A DNA stretch of 64,000 nucleotides, from contig CAJXZO010000005.1 of assembly GCA_913062975.1 (NCBI GenBank), positions 4,473-68,472 of the forward strand, in the 5' to 3' direction. Both the position numbers and the translations under genes were made by a program. The notes below the pieces were generated by a model. The model was given only the letters and a program-made list of their open reading frames with translations, had not been told where the DNA came from and searched no databases. The DNA is from an uncultured Micrococcales bacterium (GTDB lineage: Bacteria; Actinomycetota; Actinomycetes; Actinomycetales; Microbacteriaceae). Below, piece after piece: positions 37,416-45,638 of the stretch. How positions within the stretch are numbered: position 1 is the first letter of the stretch; every line of letters begins with the position of its first letter.

Positions 37416-38321
37416 TCAGCTCTTATTCACCTTTTGTCTTGCTCTGGTGTGAGATGGGTCGCATCTGTGAACTGACTCATCTGCTTCGCAAGCCTTGCAA
37501 ACAATCACCATGTTCTTGCAAGTTTCATCAAAACAGTTGCGAACGTTGTTGGTCTTGGTCCCACAAATCTCACACTCCGCCAAAACCTTGGCCTCATCGC
37601 TGAAATTAATAACCACTCGGTTATCAAACACCATCAGGCCACCTTCCCAAAGACCTTCGTCTTTGAAGGTTTCTCCATAGCGAACAATGCCACCATCAAT
37701 TTGGTAGACCTCTTTAAAGCCACGGTTAATCATCATGGTTGACAAGATTTCGCATCGAATTCCACCTGTGCAGTAGGTGACGATTGGCTTATCTTTCAAG
37801 TGGTCGTACTCCCCACTTTCCAATTCAGTTATGAACTCATGGGTTGATTCGATGTTTGGGGTGACCGCATTTTTAAACCTTCCCAGTTTGGCCTCAACAG
37901 CATTCCTGCCATCAAAAAACACAACATCATCCCTTGAATTGAAAAGCTCATTCACCTGCTCGGGCTTCAGGTGTTTTCCTCCACCAACAACGCCTTTGCT
38001 GTCAACCTTGATCTCATCGGGGACAGTGAAGGCAACCAGCTCATCTCTGACCTTCACACTCAGTCTTGGAAAGTCATCACCTTCGCCATTGCTGAACTTA
38101 AAATCAGTTCCCTTGAATCCGGCAAACTCCTTGGTTTTTTTGATGTAGGTTTTGATTTCATTGAGCTCACCACCGAGGGTTCCATTAATCCCGTGGGGGC
38201 TAATAATGATTCGGCCCTTTAGCCCAAGGGATTCACAAAGTGTTTTCTGCCAAAGCCTCACAGCCTCTGGATCAGCTATCGGGGTGAATCGATAGAACAG
38301 AATTATCTTTGGTTGAGCCAT
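37416..38321 (-). CDS. trhO: Rhodanese-domain protein TrhO (UPF0176; tRNA U34 hydroxylase family)
   Basis: [12 protein letters not shown] start, rhodanese active-site loop YCTGGIRCE, and a Cys-rich C-terminus. Confidence 0.8.
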   Translation of the reverse strand: MAQPKIILFYRFTPIADPEAVRLWQKTLCESLGLKGRIIISPHGINGTLGGELNEIKTYIKKTKEFAGFKGTDFKFSNGEGDDFPRLSVKVRDELVAFTVPDEIKVDSKGVVGGGKHLKPEQVNELFNSRDDVVFFDGRNAVEAKLGRFKNAVTPNIESTHEFITELESGEYDHLKDKPIVTYCTGGIRCEILSTMMINRGFKEVYQIDGGIVRYGETFKDEGLWEGGLMVFDNRVVINFSDEAKVLAECEICGTKTNNVRNCFDETCKNMVIVCKACEADESVHRCDPSHTRARQKVNKS

Positions 38322-38361
38322 GAAAAAGATTTTAGTGAATTTCCCCTCTTAGACTAGAGAG

Positions 38362-40317
38362 ATGCCGATTAAGCCAGGAATAAACACAGAGAACTTCAAC
38401 AAAGAAAACCGCATCCAGGACGATCTTTATCGTCATGTGAATGGGAAATGGTTAGACAGTTTTGAAATACCAGCCGATAAAGCCATTTATGGATCTTTTT
38501 ATCGACTCAGAGATGACAGCGAAGAAGCGGTCAAAGCGATTTTGGAAGAGGCTGTTGAGAACCCAAGCGAGGGCGTCCAGCAGCAGATTGGTGATCTCTA
38601 CGGTTCATTTTTAGATGTTGAGGCAGCAAATGAAAAAGGAATTAGGCCGATCGAAGATGAACTAAAAAGCATCGATGAAGTTACCAACCTGACCGAGGCA
38701 ATTGAACTCTCCGGCAAATTAGCCAAGCTGGGAGTTGGAGGGTTTTTTGGGATGTATGTGGATAATGATCCGGGCAACCCAGATCGCTACCTGCCAATGA
38801 TGGCGCAGGGCGGACTTGGTTTGCCTGATGAGGCTTATTACCGGGAGGAAAAGCACGAACAGACCAGAGCGAGTTATCTCAACCACCTGAGAAACATGTT
38901 TAATCTTGCAGGTTCTGATGACCCACTAGGGGATGCGAACAAGGTGATGGAGCTGGAGACATTGATTGCCTCCTATCACTGGACCAATGTTGAAACCCGT
39001 GAGGCAGAGAAGACCTATAACCTGAAAAGCTTTGCTGAACTAAAACAGCTATCCAGCTTTGATTTCGAGTCTTGGCTCAAAGGAGCGGGCAAGGACAGCT
39101 CCCTGCTAGCCGAGGTTTCAGTGATGATGCCAAGCTTTTTCGAAAGCATCGGAAAACTACTTTCCGACACAGACATACACACAGTAAAACTATGGATGAA
39201 GTCATCACTTTTGCGTGCAAGGGCCGCTTTTTTGAGCGAGGACTTTGTTGAAGAGAAATTTGATTTCTACGGTCGAGTGCTAACTGGTGCTGAGGAGAAC
39301 AGAGCTCGCTGGAAGCGCGGAGTCAGCTTGGTCGAATCAGGCATGGGAGAGGCTGTTGGGCAATTGTATGTTGCAAGACACTTCAAGCCAGAGGCCAAGC
39401 AACAGATGGACAGACTGGTTTCTTATCTGATTGAGGCTTATAAACAAAGCATTGAGCAGCTTGACTGGATGACAGATGAAACCAAGCAACGAGCCTTGGA
39501 AAAACTAGCCAAGTTCAACCCCAAGATTGGCTACCCAGAAAAATGGAAAGACTACAGCTCAATCAAGATCACCCGCGATGACCTGGTTGAAAACGTTAGA
39601 CAGTTGAACATTTGGGAGTTTGAGTTCGAGGCCAAGAAGATTGGCTCTCCAGTTGATCGTGACGAATGGCACATGTCACCTCAAACCGTTAATGCCTATT
39701 TCAACCCAGGCTTCAACGAAATCGTCTTCCCAGCAGCAATTCTGCAGCCACCATTTTTCTCCCCCGATGTTGATGCTGCAATCAACTTCGGAGGCATCGG
39801 AGCTGTTATTGGCCACGAGATTGGTCACGGATTTGATGACCAGGGATCTAAATATGACGGTGACGGAAGATTGGTTTCTTGGTGGACAGAGGTTGACCGT
39901 GAAGCATTCGAGGCTCGCACCGGAAAACTCATAGAACAATACAACTCACTCTCACCAAAGCAATTAGATGACGAGCACGTTGTGAATGGTGAATTCACCA
40001 TTGGTGAAAACATTGGAGACCTTGGTGGATTGGGCATTGCTTGGAAGGCATACTTGCTAAGCCTGGAAGGTGCTGAACCAGAAGTTGTCGATGGCATGAG
40101 TGCTGCCGAGAGATTTTTCATCTCCTGGGCTCAGTGCTGGCAGAGCAAGGCTCGAGACGAGATAGCCATTCAGCTGTTGTCTGTTGACCCCCACTCACCA
40201 GCAGAGTTTAGGTGCAATCAGGTTGTTAGAAATCTTGATCTGTTTCATGAAACATTTGACACAAAACCAGGCGATGAGTTGTATCTTGAGCCTGAGCAAC
40301 GTGTAAGCATCTGGTAG
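38362..40317 (+). CDS. M13 family zinc metallopeptidase (PepO/neprilysin-like)
   Basis: HEIGHGFD (HExxH) and GENIGDLGG motifs. Ends in W, as is typical of the family. No signal peptide seen. Confidence 0.85.
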   Translation: MPIKPGINTENFNKENRIQDDLYRHVNGKWLDSFEIPADKAIYGSFYRLRDDSEEAVKAILEEAVENPSEGVQQQIGDLYGSFLDVEAANEKGIRPIEDELKSIDEVTNLTEAIELSGKLAKLGVGGFFGMYVDNDPGNPDRYLPMMAQGGLGLPDEAYYREEKHEQTRASYLNHLRNMFNLAGSDDPLGDANKVMELETLIASYHWTNVETREAEKTYNLKSFAELKQLSSFDFESWLKGAGKDSSLLAEVSVMMPSFFESIGKLLSDTDIHTVKLWMKSSLLRARAAFLSEDFVEEKFDFYGRVLTGAEENRARWKRGVSLVESGMGEAVGQLYVARHFKPEAKQQMDRLVSYLIEAYKQSIEQLDWMTDETKQRALEKLAKFNPKIGYPEKWKDYSSIKITRDDLVENVRQLNIWEFEFEAKKIGSPVDRDEWHMSPQTVNAYFNPGFNEIVFPAAILQPPFFSPDVDAAINFGGIGAVIGHEIGHGFDDQGSKYDGDGRLVSWWTEVDREAFEARTGKLIEQYNSLSPKQLDDEHVVNGEFTIGENIGDLGGLGIAWKAYLLSLEGAEPEVVDGMSAAERFFISWAQCWQSKARDEIAIQLLSVDPHSPAEFRCNQVVRNLDLFHETFDTKPGDELYLEPEQRVSIW

Positions 40318-40324
40318 GAATTGA

Positions 40325-40879
40325 ATGAAACTCTGGCTAAGAATACTTTGGATTTATCTGACCTATAGATCCCGCTCGAAGCTCTCAATCGAGCAGGTCT
40401 CCAAAGTCGATCTAAGAGTCTTGCCCAACGATCTCGACACCTATGGTCATGTGAATAACGGTGTTTATCTGACACTTATGGACCTGGGTCGATTGGACCA
40501 GGGACTAAGAACAGGCATCTGGCAGGACTGGAAAAAAAGAGGCTGGTATCCAGTTGTTGTGAACGCCACCATCAGTTTTAGAAAATCCCTCAAGCCCTGG
40601 CAGAAATACACCTTGGAGACCAAGGTGATCGGCTGGGATGAAATTGCCTATTTCATTGAGCAGAGGTTTGTTGCCAACGGCGAGATTTATGCAAGGGCGA
40701 TTATGCGTGGAAGATTTCTTAAGCGCTCCTGGGGAACTGTTACACCTGATGAGGTAATGCATGCTCACGGTGGTTGGCCAGCAGGAGATCCAGAATTACC
40801 AAAATGGGTGAAAGACTGGTCAGACAGCGTGCAGCTACCAAAGGGGAAAGAGCCTGCACCTAGCGAATGGAACAACTAA
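40325..40879 (+). CDS. Hotdog-fold acyl-CoA thioesterase family protein
   Basis: 184 aa. LPNDLDTYGHVNNGVYLTLMDLGR is a 4HBT-type motif. Confidence 0.65.
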   Translation: MKLWLRILWIYLTYRSRSKLSIEQVSKVDLRVLPNDLDTYGHVNNGVYLTLMDLGRLDQGLRTGIWQDWKKRGWYPVVVNATISFRKSLKPWQKYTLETKVIGWDEIAYFIEQRFVANGEIYARAIMRGRFLKRSWGTVTPDEVMHAHGGWPAGDPELPKWVKDWSDSVQLPKGKEPAPSEWNN

Positions 40880-41733
40880 TGACTGAGCTTCCGATTGAAA
40901 GAACCTTCACAGATCGTGACGATGTTCAAATCACTTTCTGGGAATGGCCCGTTGCCAACCCCAAAGGCATCATCCAGCTAATTCACGGTCTTGGCGAGCA
41001 CGCAAGACGCTATGACGAGCTTGCAGGGGTTTTAAACAGAGCTGGTTTTAGTGTGTATGCGAATGATCACCGAGGTCACGGCAAGACCGGAAAGTGGCAA
41101 TTAGCTCAAAAACAGATTGAACGCATGGGCAAATGGGGCCCTGGAGGGATGGAGTCAACAGTCATGGCTGTTGCCAAACTGACTGGGCTGGTTGCCTCAG
41201 AAAACCCAGAAAAGCCAATCATTGTTTATGGACATTCACTGGGTGGCATCATCACTCAGAACCTGCCAGTTGAAACCTTGGACAAGTTTTCAGGCATGAT
41301 TCAATCTGGTTCAACATCCATGAGACTCGGAAAACCAGGCATTGGAAACTTCAACAAGATATGGGACAAAACACCAAACCCAACTGGTTTTGAATGGCTA
41401 AGTCGTGATCGCGAAGTTGGAGCAGAATTCGTTGCTGACCCACTGACCTTCTTGGCGCTACCGATGACCCAGCTGGGAATCAAGGGGTCAATCTATCTGG
41501 CTGGAAAGCCCAACTTCCCATCCAAGCCCTACCCAGCACTGTTTATTGTTGGTGAACTAGACCCGGTTGGTGGAATTGACAGCAATAAGCAACTGGTTGG
41601 CGATTACCAAAAGAATGGCTTTGAGGATATAAACCTTTACATCTATGACGATGGTCGTCACGAGATGCACAACGAAATCAACAAAGAGCAGGTCTTTTCA
41701 GACATTACTGCTTGGTTGGAAGAGCGGTTTTAG
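40867..41733 (+). CDS. Alpha/beta hydrolase (lysophospholipase/monoacylglycerol lipase-like)
   Basis: HGLGEH, nucleophile elbow GHSLGG, and a C-terminal His region. An alternative start at 40879 gives a TAATG junction. Confidence 0.75.
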   Translation: MEQLMTELPIERTFTDRDDVQITFWEWPVANPKGIIQLIHGLGEHARRYDELAGVLNRAGFSVYANDHRGHGKTGKWQLAQKQIERMGKWGPGGMESTVMAVAKLTGLVASENPEKPIIVYGHSLGGIITQNLPVETLDKFSGMIQSGSTSMRLGKPGIGNFNKIWDKTPNPTGFEWLSRDREVGAEFVADPLTFLALPMTQLGIKGSIYLAGKPNFPSKPYPALFIVGELDPVGGIDSNKQLVGDYQKNGFEDINLYIYDDGRHEMHNEINKEQVFSDITAWLEERF

Positions 41734-41932
41734 AGCTCTCAACCTCGATCTTTGGAGCTTGACCCGGACCGAAACTCACTGTGGCCTTGGCGGTTGCTAG
41801 GTGTTCATCATCTCCGGTTTTTGCACTTGCAACTGCAGTTGCTTGGAGATAACCCTCTTTCACATTCGCAAGCCAGGTCAAAATGGCTCCCGGAATGGAA
41901 ATCAGTATTGCAACCAGGAGTAGTTTCTTCAT
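41705..41932 (-). CDS. Small hypothetical exported/membrane protein (75 aa)
   Basis: N-terminal MKKLLLVAILISIPGAILTWLA signal or TM segment. Its ATG overlaps the stop of the upstream GNAT gene (ATGA). I recognise no family. Confidence 0.4.
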   Translation of the reverse strand: MKKLLLVAILISIPGAILTWLANVKEGYLQATAVASAKTGDDEHLATAKATVSFGPGQAPKIEVESSKTALPTKQ

Positions 41933-42210
41933 GCTAGTAAGTCACTTTCTTCTGGGTGCATTTCGAAATATTTCACGGTGTAGCTACAAACCGGCACCAC
42001 CTTGTAATGACCCTCTTCTCGAACTTCGTCCAGAGCATGCTTGGTAATAATCGCCGCTAGGTTTTTGCCTCTGAGGGCTGGGTTTACAAATGTTGAAACA
42101 AACTCAATTTTCTCACCATTGATTTGGTAGCTCAGCGATCCTGCAGGCTGACCATCCAGTGAAATCTCATATCGGTTTTCTACCCTGTCGTGTGTGACCT
42201 CGGTTGCCAT
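41929..42210 (-). CDS. Small GNAT-like acetyltransferase (YjdJ / Acetyltransf_CG type)
   Basis: 93 aa. The pattern ...NRYEI..DGQ.AG.L.Y......I.F..T.V.P.LRG...A......AL...R..G.K..P.C.Y. is typical of this mini-GNAT family. Confidence 0.65.
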   Translation of the reverse strand: MATEVTHDRVENRYEISLDGQPAGSLSYQINGEKIEFVSTFVNPALRGKNLAAIITKHALDEVREEGHYKVVPVCSYTVKYFEMHPEESDLLA

Positions 42211-42228
42211 GTGCGTTAACCTTTCAAT

Positions 42229-43080
42229 GTGTATGGGTCAAATGCTGTCATTGAAGGGGACAACCTTCAAGTTTTGCAATCTATGCCTAGCGACTCAATT
42301 CAACTTATTTACATAGACCCTCCCTTCAACACCGGCAAATCCCAATCCAGAAACACCACCAAGGCGGTGTTGGATGAAAGCTCTAACGCAGGCTTTGGCG
42401 GCAAGGGCTATAAGCGCATCATTGAAAATGTCTTGGCTTATAACGATAGCTTCAGCGACTACTGGGAGTTTCTGTTTCCAAGGCTGATTGAAGCCAAACG
42501 AATCCTTGCGGAGACCGGAACGATTTATCTTCACCTCGACTACCGCGAAGCTCACTACGCAAAGGTGTTGATGGATGGCCTGTTCGGCAAAGAAAACTTT
42601 CTGAATGAAATCATCTGGGCTTATGACTATGGTGGAAAATCCAAATCCAAGTGGCCAAGCAAGCACGACACCATCTTGGTTTATGTGAAAAACATAGACA
42701 GTTATTACTTCGACTCAGAGACTGTTGACCGTGAGCCCTACATGGCACCAGGTCTTGTCACTGACAAGAAAGCCCTCAAGGGGAAGCTCCCAACAGACGT
42801 TTGGTGGCACACCATCGTTTCCCCAACCGGCAAAGAGAAATCTGGCTACCCAACCCAGAAACCGCTGGGCATCCTCCGAAGAATCATTCAGGCGTCCTCA
42901 AAACCCAGTGACACAGTCCTGGATTTCTTTGCGGGGAGTGGAACAACGGGTGTTGCCGCCAATCAACTAGATCGGAAATTTATCTTGATTGATGAAAACC
43001 CCGAGGCAATAGCGGTCATCAAGAGGCGTCTTGCCGAGAGCTCCTGCGACTATTTGCCAGAGCTAAAACAAGCAGGCTAA
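42229..43080 (+). CDS. Beta-class N6-adenine/N4-cytosine DNA methyltransferase (N6_N4_Mtase family); no adjacent restriction gene
   Basis: Catalytic motif IV IYIDPPFNTG is N-terminal and the SAM motif I VLDFFAGSGTTGVAA is C-terminal, which is the beta permutation. GTG start. Confidence 0.8.
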   Translation: MYGSNAVIEGDNLQVLQSMPSDSIQLIYIDPPFNTGKSQSRNTTKAVLDESSNAGFGGKGYKRIIENVLAYNDSFSDYWEFLFPRLIEAKRILAETGTIYLHLDYREAHYAKVLMDGLFGKENFLNEIIWAYDYGGKSKSKWPSKHDTILVYVKNIDSYYFDSETVDREPYMAPGLVTDKKALKGKLPTDVWWHTIVSPTGKEKSGYPTQKPLGILRRIIQASSKPSDTVLDFFAGSGTTGVAANQLDRKFILIDENPEAIAVIKRRLAESSCDYLPELKQAG

Positions 43081-44563
43081 ACAAAATCAACAAAGCCGAT
43101 GTTGCCATCGCCATTCCAAAGTTTTCTCCCCCTGGCCTGGATGCCAACCTGAACAGCAAAGTGGTGATGGTGGCCTGATCACCTGTCGCCAGAAACGATG
43201 CAGCGGAGAATTCACCAAGCGAGATAAGACCGATGAAGGCCAACACATTTCTCCAGGCCGGAGCAATGATTGGTAACTCCACTAAACGCATTGATTGCAA
43301 ACTGCCAGCTCCGTCAATCTCAGCACTCTCCGTAAGCTCCCTGGGTATTGCCCCAAATGCACTTTGCAATAAGCGGATTGCCAAAGGAAGAGCTATAACA
43401 ACCTGAGACAGTGGAACTATCAACCAACTTGATCGAAGCTCAGACAAAACCTGAATCCCTGCAAAGCCAACGAGGTAACCAAGACCAATCACCACAGCAG
43501 AAATACCAAGGGGTAACAAAAATGGAATGGCCAACCAAGGTCTGTCTTTGCTGGCTCTTGCTACCAACATTGCGATAAACATGGCAATCGCGGAAGCAAT
43601 AATCATGTTTCGCAAAGAGTTACCACTGGCTTCTAAAACACTGATATTCAGCAAGTTCCTGGTCCCCTCACCCGAGAGGTTGACAAAGTTTTGAACTGAT
43701 AACGCTCCGTCCACCAAGAAGGCCTTGACAAAGATAGAAAGGGTTGGGATGACATACAAAACCGTGATCAACAAAAAGCTAAATGCCAAAACCGATATAT
43801 CTGTTTTTCTAATTCTTTGAACTATGCCAACATCGGAATCTATGCCGATATTGCCAAGTCGAATGGAGACCGCAAATGCTATAACTGTTATCACTGTTTG
43901 AATGAAGGCCAACCTGCTGGCCTCAGCGATGTCTAAGTTTCTAAGAGCCTCGACAAAGATCTCAGTTTCAATAGTCTCAATTGACCCTCCCCCCAGCAGC
44001 CTGATAATCCCAAAGCTTGTCACCGAATACAAAAACACCAGCACCCCGCTAGCGGCAATTGTTGTTCTTAGTTGGGGATAGACAACTTCAAACCAAAGCC
44101 TGAGCCCAGCAGCGCCATCTAGTTGTGCGGCTTCAATTTGGGACTCATCGATTCCTGACATGCGGGAGCCAACTGCTCGGATGATTAGCCCCATGTTCAA
44201 AAACACGTGAGCTACCAAAATACCAATCACGCCCGCTGTGAGGCCATCAAAGTTTTCTCTGAAAAATCTTTGGTAGTCATCCAAGGCAATGGCCACCACA
44301 ACCGTTGGCATTAAAAACGGAACCGCAATAAAAGCTTGCAGAAACCTAGACCCAAAAAACCTTCGCCTATAAATCACGGTGGCTATCGGCAGGGCAAGAA
44401 TAATGGAGATAACCATCGAGGCAAGGGCCTGGATGACCGTAAAGGCAATTGCTGGATTAGAGGAAAAACCAATGCCCTGGATCACCACCCTGCCAACAGG
44501 CAGGTAGAAACCAAGCGCTATGAAAAGGCTTGGGATGATCCAGGGCAGTGGAGATTTATTCAA
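43019..44563 (-). CDS. thiP: Thiamine/iron(III)-type ABC transporter permease with two fused transmembrane domains
   Basis: 514 aa with about 12 TM segments and duplicated BPD_transp_1 domains. 8-nt overlap with the upstream SBP gene, and it sits under a TPP riboswitch. Confidence 0.75.
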   Translation of the reverse strand: MNKSPLPWIIPSLFIALGFYLPVGRVVIQGIGFSSNPAIAFTVIQALASMVISIILALPIATVIYRRRFFGSRFLQAFIAVPFLMPTVVVAIALDDYQRFFRENFDGLTAGVIGILVAHVFLNMGLIIRAVGSRMSGIDESQIEAAQLDGAAGLRLWFEVVYPQLRTTIAASGVLVFLYSVTSFGIIRLLGGGSIETIETEIFVEALRNLDIAEASRLAFIQTVITVIAFAVSIRLGNIGIDSDVGIVQRIRKTDISVLAFSFLLITVLYVIPTLSIFVKAFLVDGALSVQNFVNLSGEGTRNLLNISVLEASGNSLRNMIIASAIAMFIAMLVARASKDRPWLAIPFLLPLGISAVVIGLGYLVGFAGIQVLSELRSSWLIVPLSQVVIALPLAIRLLQSAFGAIPRELTESAEIDGAGSLQSMRLVELPIIAPAWRNVLAFIGLISLGEFSAASFLATGDQATITTLLFRLASRPGGENFGMAMATSALLILFSLLVLALANSRRSSRQDAS

Positions 44564-45497
44564 ATATTGAGTCCCATGTTTCTAATATCTCTGATCTTCG
44601 CTGGTTCAGATCAGGTAGGTCAACAGTTGTCTCGGCGGGAGTAGCAAACTCAGACCAGGATTCGGGTAGCTCAACATCGGTTGCTGGATACACATACATC
44701 AATTCAGGAACTGCCGACTGAAACTCCTCACCCAGCATGAACTGAATCAATTCCTGAGCACCCGCTGGGTTTGCCGAGCCTGCCAGCACTCCAGCAAACT
44801 CAGTCTGTCGGAAGCAATCATCCAGCAGGGCTGCTGTTTGTGATTCACCATTGTCTCTAACCTCAGCCGAGGGTGAGGATGCGTAACTGAGCACGATTGG
44901 GTAGTCGCCTTCACCACTGGACCCTGAGAACTCGGTGAAGTAGGCATCTTCCCAACCAGAGGTGACTAGAACCTCATTGGCTTTCAAATCCTGCCAATAG
45001 CTTTCATAGTCATCTCCCAGAGCTGCAACGGTTGATGCCAAGAAGGCAAGGCCCGGAGAGCTGCTGTTGGGGTTAGTGATTACCGTTAGACCCTTATAGC
45101 TCTCATCGGTTAGTTGTTTCCAAGAGGTTGGCGGGGTGATGCCTGCATCCTCGAAGTAGTAGCGGTCATAGTTGAAGCAAACGTCGCTGTAGTCAATGGC
45201 TGTGAAGTCACCTTCAACGATGCCGTTTTCCTCAGCAACACCTCTGAAGGTGTTATCGATTCCGAAAAATGCATCGGCGATTGGTTCGTCCTTGCTCAAA
45301 ACCAATTGGTTGGTCAGAGTTCCGGTGTCACCTAGGCGGATGATTTCTAACTCCAGCCCAGACTCTGTCTCGAAGCTTTCAATCAGCTCATCGCTGATTG
45401 CAAAGCTGTCGTGGGTGGCGATGCGAACATTGGTTGGTTCGCTGGCGCAGCCTGCGAGGACTGCGGGTATTAGCAGTAGTGGAAATATCTTTTTCAC
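44556..45497 (-). CDS. thiB: Thiamine (or thiamine-precursor) ABC transporter substrate-binding lipoprotein
   Basis: GTG start. Lipobox VLAGC and a ThiB/TbpA-like SBP pattern. Lies directly downstream of the TPP riboswitch. Confidence 0.75.
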   Translation of the reverse strand: MKKIFPLLLIPAVLAGCASEPTNVRIATHDSFAISDELIESFETESGLELEIIRLGDTGTLTNQLVLSKDEPIADAFFGIDNTFRGVAEENGIVEGDFTAIDYSDVCFNYDRYYFEDAGITPPTSWKQLTDESYKGLTVITNPNSSSPGLAFLASTVAALGDDYESYWQDLKANEVLVTSGWEDAYFTEFSGSSGEGDYPIVLSYASSPSAEVRDNGESQTAALLDDCFRQTEFAGVLAGSANPAGAQELIQFMLGEEFQSAVPELMYVYPATDVELPESWSEFATPAETTVDLPDLNQRRSEILETWDSIFE

Positions 45498-45520
45498 ACA
45501 TGCCCTTTCTGTTGAAATGG

Positions 45521-45628
<108 letters not shown>

Positions 45629-45638
45629 AAAACCAATA

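Noticed and set aside
41705-42210. GNAT-type toxin-antitoxin pair
   Set aside because: GNAT toxins (TacT/AtaT type) are about 160-175 aa with an upstream DUF1778/RHH antitoxin. Here the GNAT is a 93-aa YjdJ-type protein, and the small partner lies downstream and has a signal or TM segment.
42229-43080. Restriction-modification or other defence island around the methyltransferase
   Set aside because: No endonuclease, specificity, helicase, ATPase or phage-type gene lies within several kb. The flanking genes are a mini-GNAT and a thiamine importer.
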